Shown: positions 17,942 through 27,023 of the stretch, piece by piece
Layout: each line of letters begins with the position of its first letter
Position numbering within the stretch: position 1 is the first letter of the stretch
Origin: a virus
DNA: 64,000 nt
Virus record (IMG/VR): IMGVR_UViG_3300031251_000002
Span: 64,001 to 128,000 of that record
Direction: 5' to 3' (one strand)
Position numbers and translations under genes: made by a program
Notes under the pieces: generated by a model
What the model was told of the DNA's origin: nothing
The model's input: the letters and a program-made list of their open reading frames with translations, nothing else
Database searches by the model: none

Positions 17942-19963
17942 ATGGCTGATTTCCCTCTTCCGGGCCAACGCCCGACAACCCCTGCGATTCGGTCCATCGC
18001 AGTCAGCGGAAACACGCTCGGAACCACCATTTCTGTCCTTCACCGTTTCTTGCCGATTAACGCAACGGGACAGATTAGCGCGGGATTCAGCAACGGTTCG
18101 CTGTTGCTGTCCGTCCCGTCAATGGGAGTTTCAGCCGGTACAACCTCCGCATCGCTAGCGGCAGTCACGTTTGCTAACGGTAATGGTGTCAGCTTCGGGC
18201 TGAATGGATCCACCGTTACCGCAAGCATTGCGACCTCGCTGACCAACTTCAACATCTCCGCCGGTACAACTTCTAACAACCTATCGGCGTTGACGTTCGC
18301 CAACGGTAACAACGTCTCCTTCGGTCTGAACAACTCGACGCTCACCGCATCGGTTGCAACGTCGCTGACCAACATCAATTTCTCGGCAGGTACGACCTCG
18401 GCTAACCTGTCAGCGCTAACGTTCTCCAACTCTAACGGCATCAGCTTCGGACTGAACGCGGGTACGGTTACCGCTTCGGTTAACGCCATTGCAAACATCA
18501 ACGTCAGCGCCGGTACGACCTCCAACAACCTGACGCAGATTACTTTCAGCAACGCGAACAACGTCAGCTTCGGTCTCAACGCCTCGACCCTCACGGCTTC
18601 TATCGCTACCTCGCTGACCGCGATCAACCTGTCAGCCGGTACGACTTCCAACAACCTATCGGCGTTCACGCTCTCCAACAGCAACGGCCTGAGCTTCGGC
18701 TTGAACGGGTCTACCATTACCGGTAGCTACACCGTCCCGGTTGTGTCCAACGCTATTCAAAGCGTTTCTAGCGCGACCAACTCAGGAACTGGAGTTTCTC
18801 AGTTCGCTGCTCATGACCACGTTCACGCTGGAGTCGGCCCGGAAGGTGTTTCGACACTTGGCAACACGCTAGGAAATACCGGCGTGTTGATGGGTCGAGT
18901 TGTCTGGGCCGGTGGCAACAACATCACCCTGTCCGTCTCCTCGTCTAACAACAACGCTCAGACCATCACGATCATTGGTCCGACCATCGCTTCCTCGCTG
19001 ACCAACATCAACCTCTCAGCAGGAACAACCTCCAACAACCTCTCGGCGTTCACCCTGAGCAACTCCAACGGAGTCTCGTTCGGCTTGAACGGCAGCACGG
19101 TTACCGCTTCTATCGCTACCTCACTGACAGCCATCAACCTGTCGGCTGGTACGACGAGTAACAACCTGTCAGCGTTCACCATGAGCAACGCTAACAACGT
19201 TTCGTTCGGGCTGAACGGTTCGGTCATCACAGCTACTGCAACGGTTGCGACCAGCTTGACCAACATCAACTTCTCGGCTGGCACGACCTCCAACAACCTG
19301 TCAGCGATCACGTTCAGCAACTCCAACGGAGTGTCGTTCGGACTGAACGCCAGCACCGTGACGGCTTCTATTGCTACCTCGCTCACGGCGATCAACCTCT
19401 CGGCAGGTACAACCTCTAACAACCTGTCTGCGTTCACCATGAGCAACGCTAACAACGTGAGCTTCGGGTTGAACGGGTCAGTGATTACAGCTAGCGCGAC
19501 CGTAGCTTCGTCACTGACGGCGGTTAACATCTCGGCAGGTACGACTAGTAACAACCTGTCAGCGTTCACGTTCAGCAACGCCAACAACGTCAGCTTTGGA
19601 TTGAACGCTTCTACGATTACTGCATCAATCGCTACCAGCCTGACAGCCATCAACATCTCGGCAGGAACAACCTCAGGTAACCTGAGCGCCTTCACGTTCA
19701 GCAACGCAAACAGCATCACCTTTGGTTTGAATGCCTCTACGATCACGGCCAGCTTCTCGCAGTCAGTTCAGACGCAGGGGTTTGTCAACAGCATTTCCGT
19801 CCTTGGAAACACGGCTGGAACCGTCTCGGCTGGAACCGGTTTCTTGGCTCTGGCAGGTGGCAATAACATTACACTTTCAGGGTCTACGGCTGCTGGCAGC
19901 ATGACTCTTTCGATAGTTGGTAATGAGATTCAGTTCAATTACGCCTTCCTCGGCGGCGTGTAA
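17942..19963 (+). CDS. Repeat fibre protein 2 with 11 copies of a ~42-aa repeat
   Basis: Unit NxSAGTTSNNLSAxTxSNxNxVSFGLNxSTxTAS; HDHVH motif; ends YAFLGGV. Confidence 0.75.
   Translation: MADFPLPGQRPTTPAIRSIAVSGNTLGTTISVLHRFLPINATGQISAGFSNGSLLLSVPSMGVSAGTTSASLAAVTFANGNGVSFGLNGSTVTASIATSLTNFNISAGTTSNNLSALTFANGNNVSFGLNNSTLTASVATSLTNINFSAGTTSANLSALTFSNSNGISFGLNAGTVTASVNAIANINVSAGTTSNNLTQITFSNANNVSFGLNASTLTASIATSLTAINLSAGTTSNNLSAFTLSNSNGLSFGLNGSTITGSYTVPVVSNAIQSVSSATNSGTGVSQFAAHDHVHAGVGPEGVSTLGNTLGNTGVLMGRVVWAGGNNITLSVSSSNNNAQTITIIGPTIASSLTNINLSAGTTSNNLSAFTLSNSNGVSFGLNGSTVTASIATSLTAINLSAGTTSNNLSAFTMSNANNVSFGLNGSVITATATVATSLTNINFSAGTTSNNLSAITFSNSNGVSFGLNASTVTASIATSLTAINLSAGTTSNNLSAFTMSNANNVSFGLNGSVITASATVASSLTAVNISAGTTSNNLSAFTFSNANNVSFGLNASTITASIATSLTAINISAGTTSGNLSAFTFSNANSITFGLNASTITASFSQSVQTQGFVNSISVLGNTAGTVSAGTGFLALAGGNNITLSGSTAAGSMTLSIVGNEIQFNYAFLGGV
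18121..19752 (+). repeat. Coding tandem repeats of ~126 nt in two blocks (5 + 6)
   Basis: Degenerate DNA copies encoding the AGTTS repeat; boundaries approximate. Confidence 0.75.
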
Positions 19964-19971
19964 GGTAATGT

Positions 19972-20394
19972 ATGGCAGCTAACCTTCCAATCTATCCGGC
20001 CTCTCTCGCTAACGCCGGGGTTGTACTGAACAACGCTTCCGGCACCTCGCTGGTGACTTTCTACACCGCTACCGGTAACGGCGCGAAGATTGAAAGCATA
20101 TCGGCTACCAGTACGGATACCTCTGCCCGTGTCTTGGTCGTCACCATCAACGTCGGTGGCACTGATTACACGGTTGGCACAGTCAACATTCCAATCACTG
20201 CGGGTACAGACGCGGCAGCGACTGCGGCGGTCAGCATCCTTGAGAACAACTCCATGATGCCGTGGGTTCGCAGGGACAGCAATGGACGCGCTTACCTGTA
20301 CCTCCAGTCGGGTAACATCCTGAAGTTCAACTCTCAGGTAACAATCACCTCAACAAAGGTGATTCACATCGTAGGACAAATCGGCGTCTACTAA
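19972..20394 (+). CDS. Small fibre adaptor protein B
   Basis: Clear paralog of 17495..17920. Confidence 0.65.
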   Translation: MAANLPIYPASLANAGVVLNNASGTSLVTFYTATGNGAKIESISATSTDTSARVLVVTINVGGTDYTVGTVNIPITAGTDAAATAAVSILENNSMMPWVRRDSNGRAYLYLQSGNILKFNSQVTITSTKVIHIVGQIGVY

Positions 20395-22526
20395 TGTTTG
20401 GTGAGAATGATCCAAAGGCCCGAGGCCAAGTAGACAGCATCTCTCTGGCGGGGAATACCGCCGGTAATACGAGTGCTGGCACAGGACCGCTGGTTCTAGC
20501 CGGTGGTAACAACATTACTCTGTCCGCGCAGACCGCCATTCAGGGCGGTATGTCGGTTACTGTCTCCGGGCCTACCGTCATCCTTGACGCGCAGGGCATC
20601 AGCACGGGCGGCAATACGGCTGGTCAGACCGGCCTTGTCAGCCAGCAGCTTGTCTTTGTCGGCGGCAACAACATCACCCTGTCCGGTAGCGTTAACGCTC
20701 AGTCGGCAACGATTACCATCTCTGCCGGTGGCGGTGGTGCGGTTAATATCAGCGCTGGAACGACAAGTAACAACTTAAACGCACTCACGTTCGCGGATAG
20801 CAATGGTTTGAGTTGGGGCCTGAACGCTTCAACGATAACCGTTAGCTACACCGTCCCCCCGGTAAACACTGCCAACACCGCGATCCAATCAGTTCAGGGT
20901 TTCGTTTCCGCTGGAACTATGACGAGCTATGCTCGGGCGGATCATGCTCATGCTGGTGTTGCTAAACTATTTTTTGGATCAAACACGAAATCTGGTGGTG
21001 GACCGCTAACGATTACGGGCGATCCGTACGTTTCGTTGTCGTTTGATACGGCTGTTAATCAGGTTACGATTGACTGGCTTGGTCAACAGGCCACTACAGT
21101 ATCGGCTGTTACGTCCGCAAACGTGCTTGGAACTGCATCCAGTTCGTTTGCTATGCAGGACCATCAACACGCAGGTGTTGGCCTTGCTGGCGTGTCCAAC
21201 ATCGGAAACACTCTGGGTAACACGGCTGTCCTCCCCGGTCAGGTTGTCTTTGCTGGTGGTAACAACATCACACTTTCGATGTCCACCAGCGCCAACAACA
21301 ACATGACGATCACCATCTCTGCTGCGAACGGCGGCGGGGCAGGGTACACGGCTGGAATGTCCACGCAAGGAAACACAGCCGGTAACACTGGCATGGTGAC
21401 TGGACAACTTCAGCTTGTAGGATCGAACAACCTGACGCTCTCTGGATCAACGAACGCCGGATCCATGACGATCACCATTTCCGGTCCGTCGGCTGGGGGC
21501 ATGGGCGTTTCGACGCTCGGCAACTCGGCTGGAACGACGGGCACCGTTGGTGGCCAGATGGTCATGGTGGCTTCAGGCGGAGTCACCCTATCTCAGTCCA
21601 CGAACGGAAACTCGGGAACGATCACAATCACTGTTACCCCGAACGCCACGGCCTCATGGTTTGAGCCAGAAATCTATGGCGGTACGACGACAGGAACACA
21701 GGCTAACGGAACTGTCTATGTTCGACCGTTCTATGTTAACAACTACATATCGGCATATCGCGGTCAGATGCTGATGCAGATGACCAGCCAGAGCAACACG
21801 ACGATGAGCTTCTCCGGATCTGTTTCTGGAGGAAATGCCTCGTCGGCATCTGGATCGTGGGGTCTAAGCGGATCACTTTATGTCATGTCCCGAATCAGCA
21901 CCGGCACGGACGCCCATAGCTCTTTGATTGGTACTTTCTTTTCTCAGACCTACACCATGAGCATGGGTATGTCTAACTCGGTTAGCTGGTCTACCAACGC
22001 CTCCTCCGCTTCAGTTTCATGGACGACGGGCGGCAAGATTGGTTTCCTAAGCTCGATTGACTCAGCGGGTGGCGTTACTTACGGCAACTCAAGCACCACT
22101 TCATCGAACAGCTTTTCAAGCACCAGCACGAACGCTCACAGCTTCAGTTCGTCGGCTACTGTCAGCTTTGCATCCCAGCACCTCAGCCAGATCCGACCAA
22201 TTTTCTTCCCGATGGGCACAGCCCTTACTCCGGGCGAGTATTGGTTGGCCCACATTCAATCGACAAACACTGGTAGCACTAACCAAGGGTTGCAACAGCA
22301 GTGTCAGATGAACTCGGTTGGCTTGGTTTACTACACGACGCAGATTGGAACCCAGTATCAGGAAGTCGGCAACTCCGTGACCATCGCATCGAGCAACCTC
22401 ATGTGGGGGCTTGGCTCCTATAGTTCGTCAGGTAACTTGACGGCTGTTAGTGGAATTCCAATCTCACAGATTTCAAACATGAGCGGTTATTCGCTGTTCT
22501 TCCAGTTGCTCGCACAGGTGAAGTAA
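20394..22526 (+). CDS. Repeat fibre protein 3 with a distinct C-terminal head domain
   Basis: AGGNNITLS repeats; DHAH and DHQH motifs; C-terminal LTPGEYWLA domain. Confidence 0.7.
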   Translation: MFGENDPKARGQVDSISLAGNTAGNTSAGTGPLVLAGGNNITLSAQTAIQGGMSVTVSGPTVILDAQGISTGGNTAGQTGLVSQQLVFVGGNNITLSGSVNAQSATITISAGGGGAVNISAGTTSNNLNALTFADSNGLSWGLNASTITVSYTVPPVNTANTAIQSVQGFVSAGTMTSYARADHAHAGVAKLFFGSNTKSGGGPLTITGDPYVSLSFDTAVNQVTIDWLGQQATTVSAVTSANVLGTASSSFAMQDHQHAGVGLAGVSNIGNTLGNTAVLPGQVVFAGGNNITLSMSTSANNNMTITISAANGGGAGYTAGMSTQGNTAGNTGMVTGQLQLVGSNNLTLSGSTNAGSMTITISGPSAGGMGVSTLGNSAGTTGTVGGQMVMVASGGVTLSQSTNGNSGTITITVTPNATASWFEPEIYGGTTTGTQANGTVYVRPFYVNNYISAYRGQMLMQMTSQSNTTMSFSGSVSGGNASSASGSWGLSGSLYVMSRISTGTDAHSSLIGTFFSQTYTMSMGMSNSVSWSTNASSASVSWTTGGKIGFLSSIDSAGGVTYGNSSTTSSNSFSSTSTNAHSFSSSATVSFASQHLSQIRPIFFPMGTALTPGEYWLAHIQSTNTGSTNQGLQQQCQMNSVGLVYYTTQIGTQYQEVGNSVTIASSNLMWGLGSYSSSGNLTAVSGIPISQISNMSGYSLFFQLLAQVK

Positions 22527-23200
22527 TGAGCGTCCAGATTAAAACTAATCTTGGCGGGCTTGGCTATCCCGCTGCTCTTGCTAACTACACTCCAATGAGC
22601 TTTTCCCTTTGGGTCCGCTTCATCACGTTCAATGGGACTTCGCAGCCCATGTTCGACATGGAAGACGCCGTGGACTCGCAGTTCAGCGCCTATATGGGCA
22701 ATGGGACCGCCGGTCCTCACCTGATGGACATGTCTACACGGGAAGCCGGGACAGATTTTCTCTTTGGCCCAAACGTTGCTCTCGGAGATTGGCATTGCTA
22801 TCAAGGAGCAGTCAACGATGCCTCTGATGGCGGTGTTTACGGGTATATCGACAGCGCCCAGTTTTTCAACACGTACACACCTATTGCGGTTAGCGGAACA
22901 GTTAACATCAACGCTGTTGGTGCCTACGGTAGCGGAGCTTCGTGGTGCAATGCCTACGTCTCACAATGTCGAGTCTGGACGGCTAAGTTGACATGGGAAG
23001 AGTTGGCTATTGAGCGCACCTCAGCAACGCATGTTAAAACAGCTAACTTATATGCCTCATGGCCGTTGTTAACGAACTTGCTTGACACTTCTGGGAACGG
23101 ACGGTCCTTGGTTCCAACTGGCACCATCTCGACAGACTACGCATTTGACTCGTCAACAGAGCCGCCTTTGTTTCCGCGCAGTCTTTGGTTGACACGGTAA
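22526..23200 (+). CDS. LamG/ConA-like lectin-domain protein
   Basis: SFSLWV, GDWHCY, YID, SQCRVWTAKLT.EE, DTSGNGRSL. Confidence 0.7.
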   Translation: MSVQIKTNLGGLGYPAALANYTPMSFSLWVRFITFNGTSQPMFDMEDAVDSQFSAYMGNGTAGPHLMDMSTREAGTDFLFGPNVALGDWHCYQGAVNDASDGGVYGYIDSAQFFNTYTPIAVSGTVNINAVGAYGSGASWCNAYVSQCRVWTAKLTWEELAIERTSATHVKTANLYASWPLLTNLLDTSGNGRSLVPTGTISTDYAFDSSTEPPLFPRSLWLTR

Positions 23201-23236
23201 GTAACGGCTTTTAAAATCACAAGTTAGAGGGTAACA

Positions 23237-23968
23237 ATGAGTAAAGCGGGCAAGCTAACACAAGAAGCCATTGGGTTTCACAACGCCAATATCGCAGCCG
23301 CTCAGACGCGGTTGGTTCAGGGCAGCAGCTACAAAGACGTATCCACGATCTGTGTTGTGCCAACGCGGGGGATGATCTCCGCCAAGGTGGTCCAATACTG
23401 GATGGGGATGATGAGTCCGATGAACCAGAAGTTCATGCGGATTTTCATGAGCGGGCTAGAGGTGGGCGAGGCGTACGAACAGGCAGTGGATCAGATCCTC
23501 GCGCACCCAGACCTGTCGAAGTGGAAGTACATCCTAACGCTTGAGGAGGACAACTGTCCGCCTCCGGACGGGCTGCTTAAGCTAATCGAGTCCATTGAGA
23601 TGCACAAGCTCGATGCGGTTGGTGGCCTTTACTGGACAAAAGGCGAGGGCGGTCAGCCGATGATCTACGGCAACCCCGGTGAGATGCCAAGAAACTTCAT
23701 CCCGCAGGTTCCGATTCAGAACGCGGTTCAGCCGTGTAACGGTCTTGGAATGGGGTTCACGCTCTTCCGGATGGACATGTTCAAGTCCGGCAAGATCGCT
23801 CGTCCATTCTTCAAGACCGTGCAGGAGTACAAGCCCTACGTCGGCGGTTCGACGTTCACTCAGGACTTGTTCTTTTTCAACAAGGCGTGTGATCAAGGGT
23901 TCAAGTTCGCTTCAGACAATCGAGTTCTCGTTGGGCACTATGATGCCCCTAATGATTTCATGTGGTGA
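23237..23968 (+). CDS. GT-A fold glycosyltransferase (GT2-like)
   Basis: ICVVPTRG, YILTLEEDN (DxD position), VGGLY, GMGFTLF, TQDLFF, VGHYD. Confidence 0.8.
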   Translation: MSKAGKLTQEAIGFHNANIAAAQTRLVQGSSYKDVSTICVVPTRGMISAKVVQYWMGMMSPMNQKFMRIFMSGLEVGEAYEQAVDQILAHPDLSKWKYILTLEEDNCPPPDGLLKLIESIEMHKLDAVGGLYWTKGEGGQPMIYGNPGEMPRNFIPQVPIQNAVQPCNGLGMGFTLFRMDMFKSGKIARPFFKTVQEYKPYVGGSTFTQDLFFFNKACDQGFKFASDNRVLVGHYDAPNDFMW

Positions 23969-23984
23969 GTAACAAGGAGTGTAT

Positions 23985-24557
23985 GTGGCTAAAAGTAAAG
24001 CAAAGCTAAAAGCGGTCTCCTCGGTAGTCGAAGCTGAACCCCTGAAGATCGACCTCGGCTGCGGGCAAAACAAGAAGCCCGGATTCACGGGGATTGATAT
24101 CGCTGCGGCTCCGGGCGTGGACATCGTTCACGACCTGATGGTGATGCCGTGGCCGTTTAAGAACGACTCGGTTGGCGAGGTCTTCTCGTCCCACACGATT
24201 GAGCATTTCACCGGCCCCCAGCGCGTCAAGTTCATGGAAGAGCTTTGGCGGGTGATGCAGGTGGGCGCAAACGCGACGTTCGTCTTCCCGTACTACAGTT
24301 CTTCACGGGCAATTCAGGATCCGTTTCACGCATGGCCCCCGTTGTGCGAAGCCTCCTTCCTGTACTTCAACAAGGGCTGGATGATCGCCAACAAGCTAGA
24401 CCACTACAACATCAAGTGTGACTTCGACTTCACCTACGGTTACGCCTTCAGCGGCCAGTTAGTAAATCGCCCTCAGGAGATGCGGGACTTTGCTATTCGC
24501 AACTACATCAATGCGGTTGATGACCTCCATGTAACACTTACTAAGAGGGCCGGATGA
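23985..24557 (+). CDS. Class I SAM-dependent methyltransferase
   Basis: KIDLGCG, GID, HDL..PWPF, SHTIEH, RVM, QDPFH; AAGGAG SD before GTG 23985. Confidence 0.85.
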   Translation: MAKSKAKLKAVSSVVEAEPLKIDLGCGQNKKPGFTGIDIAAAPGVDIVHDLMVMPWPFKNDSVGEVFSSHTIEHFTGPQRVKFMEELWRVMQVGANATFVFPYYSSSRAIQDPFHAWPPLCEASFLYFNKGWMIANKLDHYNIKCDFDFTYGYAFSGQLVNRPQEMRDFAIRNYINAVDDLHVTLTKRAG

Positions 24558-25342
24558 GTGATTACCCACCACTAAAGAATGCTGCGTACACAGCCCGCTT
24601 CCCGCTCTTCAACGCCCTCGGTTTCCTGACCGGGGCAAGCGGGTTTGTGTCCAACGTACAGCAAGATGGTGGGTCATTCGCTGCGACGACCAACACGGTT
24701 ACTGAGGATGCGGACGGCTTCTATCACCTAGCCCTGACCAGCGGTGAGATGAACGGGGACCAGATTCAGGTGGTCATTACGGCCACTGGAGCGTCCCCTG
24801 TGGCGATTGAGATCCACACGGTTGTCCGTCAGACCAAGGATCTCCTGTTCCCCAACACCTCGGGCCGTGGTCTCAACGTGGACGCGGCTGGCGAGGCCGA
24901 TGCGAACGTGGCCAAGTGGCTGACGGTTACGCCAAACGGTCTCCAGTCAGGTCGCGTGGACAGCTACACAGGAGCCATGGCGGCTGGGGTAATCACGGCC
25001 AGTGTTGTGGACACGACGCTCGATGTCTACACGGCTATCGTCACATTGACCCTAGACAGCACCAACACCAAGGACCGCTACCTTGTCGAGTTCTACAAGA
25101 ACGCGGTTCCGTGCGCCCATGGCGATGTCACTTCGCCAACGATTACGGTCTTCACGGAAGCCAGCGGCTCGATGCTCATCAACGCCGCTACGTTGACTGA
25201 AGTCAGCACGACCGGGTATTACTCGTACGATGAGGGCACGAATCGAATCACCAGAGGTTTGGGTTACTACGCCAAGACAAGTGCGACGATTGGCTCAGGA
25301 ACCCGTACGTGGGTAACGTCCGTGGTAACACGCGACGTATAA
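24554..25342 (+). CDS. Putative fibre cap/adaptor protein, paralog of 14440..14961
   Basis: QQDGGSFAATTNTVTE..GFYHLALTSGEMN. Confidence 0.6.
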   Translation: MSDYPPLKNAAYTARFPLFNALGFLTGASGFVSNVQQDGGSFAATTNTVTEDADGFYHLALTSGEMNGDQIQVVITATGASPVAIEIHTVVRQTKDLLFPNTSGRGLNVDAAGEADANVAKWLTVTPNGLQSGRVDSYTGAMAAGVITASVVDTTLDVYTAIVTLTLDSTNTKDRYLVEFYKNAVPCAHGDVTSPTITVFTEASGSMLINAATLTEVSTTGYYSYDEGTNRITRGLGYYAKTSATIGSGTRTWVTSVVTRDV

Positions 25343-25354
25343 GGGTATGCTGCT

Positions 25355-26674
25355 ATGCCCCTCCTTTTCCCACGCCGGATCTGGCCCGGTTTCTTCGACC
25401 AGCCATCCGCTTCGTTCGGCAATTTCTACTTCAACAGCCTAACCCTGTCCGCAATAGCCGGGTTTGCCGATACCGGTCTGTTGTCTGCTATCGGCTCGCT
25501 GAACCTCTCAGCAACCCCAGACTTCGTTCCAACTGACACCGCCTTCATGGTGGGGTCAGTTACCCTGTCTGGAGCGAGCGGCTTCTCAGTTACCGGGGAT
25601 CGTGGCATCTTCACCAACCTATCGCTTTCAGCGACAGGGGACATCGCGCTGGCCTCCAAGCTCGATGCGGTTGGAAACCTGACGATCACTGGTTCTTCTG
25701 CCCTCACGACAACGGATACGCTGGATGCTCTCGCGTCCTTACTGATCACAACCGGTACGGCGTTTTTCGATCCGACCTTTGGTAACAACTCGACTGGAAC
25801 GCTAGACTTTACCTGCGGTGCAACCATGAGCGTGGTTGGGCAGGTAGTCGCTTTCAACTCGTTGACCCTAGCGGCCTCGCCTACGTTCAACACATCGGCC
25901 CTGCTGACTGCGCTAGCGAATCTTTCGTTGTCTGCCCTGTCTGGCTTCTCAGACTCGGCGCAGTTGGTAACCTCAGGTGCGCTCACCCTTTCTGGCTCTG
26001 CGGCGTTCAGCGGTACAGGCAATTTCGTAGCGACTCTGACGCTGAACCTTTCCGCGATACCGGGTTTCTCAGAGAGCGTCACCAACGCGGCTGCTGGCAA
26101 CCTGTCCTTAACCGTTACTGGGAACATCTCTGATCTGGCACTCCTGAACGCGGTGGGCAGCGCCAACCTAGCCGTCGTGGCCGGTATCCCAGTAGTCGGC
26201 AACGCCGACCTTCACGTTCTGTTCGACTTGAACAGTAGCGTTGGCCTCTTCCCGTTGGGTGGGCTGAACATTGATACCAGCCTCTCCCTCAGCGCGGCTC
26301 CGACCTTCTTTGGCAGCATCACAAACACGTTTGACGCCTCACTCTCGCTGGATGCAGTAGCGAGCGACTTCAACGCAGCGGTGTTCGTGGGCAACGCGGC
26401 CACCCTGTCCTTGCCTGCTGGAGCCACGGTCAGCCCGATCACGCAGGCTGATCTCGTTGGCCATATCAACCTGACAACGACTGCGCTGTGGTTCGCTGAG
26501 ATCGCTTTCTTCATCGCCCCGGTTTACACCGTTCCGTTCTATCTGGCGCTACTCACCTCGACACCGACAGAGCTTGAGGTTGTCCGAGTAACCCCTATCA
26601 GTGTTGCTTTGACGGTCGATACGCCAACCAACGTGGTTCTAGAATCCGATACACCCAAGACGTTAATTCATTGA
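25355..26674 (+). CDS. 20-aa-period repeat protein (18 repeats), putative second fibre ruler
   Basis: Same LxLSAxxxF 20-residue unit as 14958..15878 and a similar C-terminal motif. Confidence 0.65.
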   Translation: MPLLFPRRIWPGFFDQPSASFGNFYFNSLTLSAIAGFADTGLLSAIGSLNLSATPDFVPTDTAFMVGSVTLSGASGFSVTGDRGIFTNLSLSATGDIALASKLDAVGNLTITGSSALTTTDTLDALASLLITTGTAFFDPTFGNNSTGTLDFTCGATMSVVGQVVAFNSLTLAASPTFNTSALLTALANLSLSALSGFSDSAQLVTSGALTLSGSAAFSGTGNFVATLTLNLSAIPGFSESVTNAAAGNLSLTVTGNISDLALLNAVGSANLAVVAGIPVVGNADLHVLFDLNSSVGLFPLGGLNIDTSLSLSAAPTFFGSITNTFDASLSLDAVASDFNAAVFVGNAATLSLPAGATVSPITQADLVGHINLTTTALWFAEIAFFIAPVYTVPFYLALLTSTPTELEVVRVTPISVALTVDTPTNVVLESDTPKTLIH

Positions 26675-26681
26675 GGTTTAA

Positions 26682-27023
26682 ATGCTGAACCCTTTCACAC
26701 TTGTAGAAGATGATCTGCTGCCGTCGCTTGTTGCCTTTCTTCGCAACGCGGATGGGTCGCCCATGGACCTCACCAGCACGAACGTGAAGTTCTGTATGAG
26801 TACCCAAGACCTGTCCGATGTTCGGATTGACCATGCCCCCTGCACGGTAGTGGATGCCGTGAACGGGAAGGTGCAATACGACTGGGTAGAGCCAAACACC
26901 GCTACCCCCGGCACCTTCGCTGCCCAATTTAAGGTGATCGTAACAACCCTTGCAGGCGACAAGGTAATGACGGTTCCGACCGAGGAGCCGCTGCTGATCG
27001 TTATCGTCCCGAGGCAGGCATGA
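26682..27023 (+). CDS. BppU-N-like Ig-fold adaptor protein
   Basis: DDLLPSL...DGSPMDLT..V.F.M..VDAVNGKVQYDW...T.TPG.F.AQF..TVP. Confidence 0.7.
   Translation: MLNPFTLVEDDLLPSLVAFLRNADGSPMDLTSTNVKFCMSTQDLSDVRIDHAPCTVVDAVNGKVQYDWVEPNTATPGTFAAQFKVIVTTLAGDKVMTVPTEEPLLIVIVPRQA

Noticed and set aside
16725-18875. DGR template/variable repeat pair (identical GGTGTTTCGACACTTGGCAACACGCTAGG copies near 16725 and 18846)
   Set aside because: Both copies are inside paralogous fibre genes, there are no adenine-specific mismatches, and no reverse transcriptase is in the window
18121-19752. CRISPR array or non-coding repeat array
   Set aside because: Repeats are in frame, vary mostly at synonymous positions and have no unique spacers; no cas genes seen
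6825-26514. Long minus-strand ORFs in the track (e.g. 6825..7493, 8803..9510, 18040..18717, 18958..19746, 25426..26202)
   Set aside because: They are antisense shadows of low-complexity or codon-biased plus-strand genes, with no motifs or RBS
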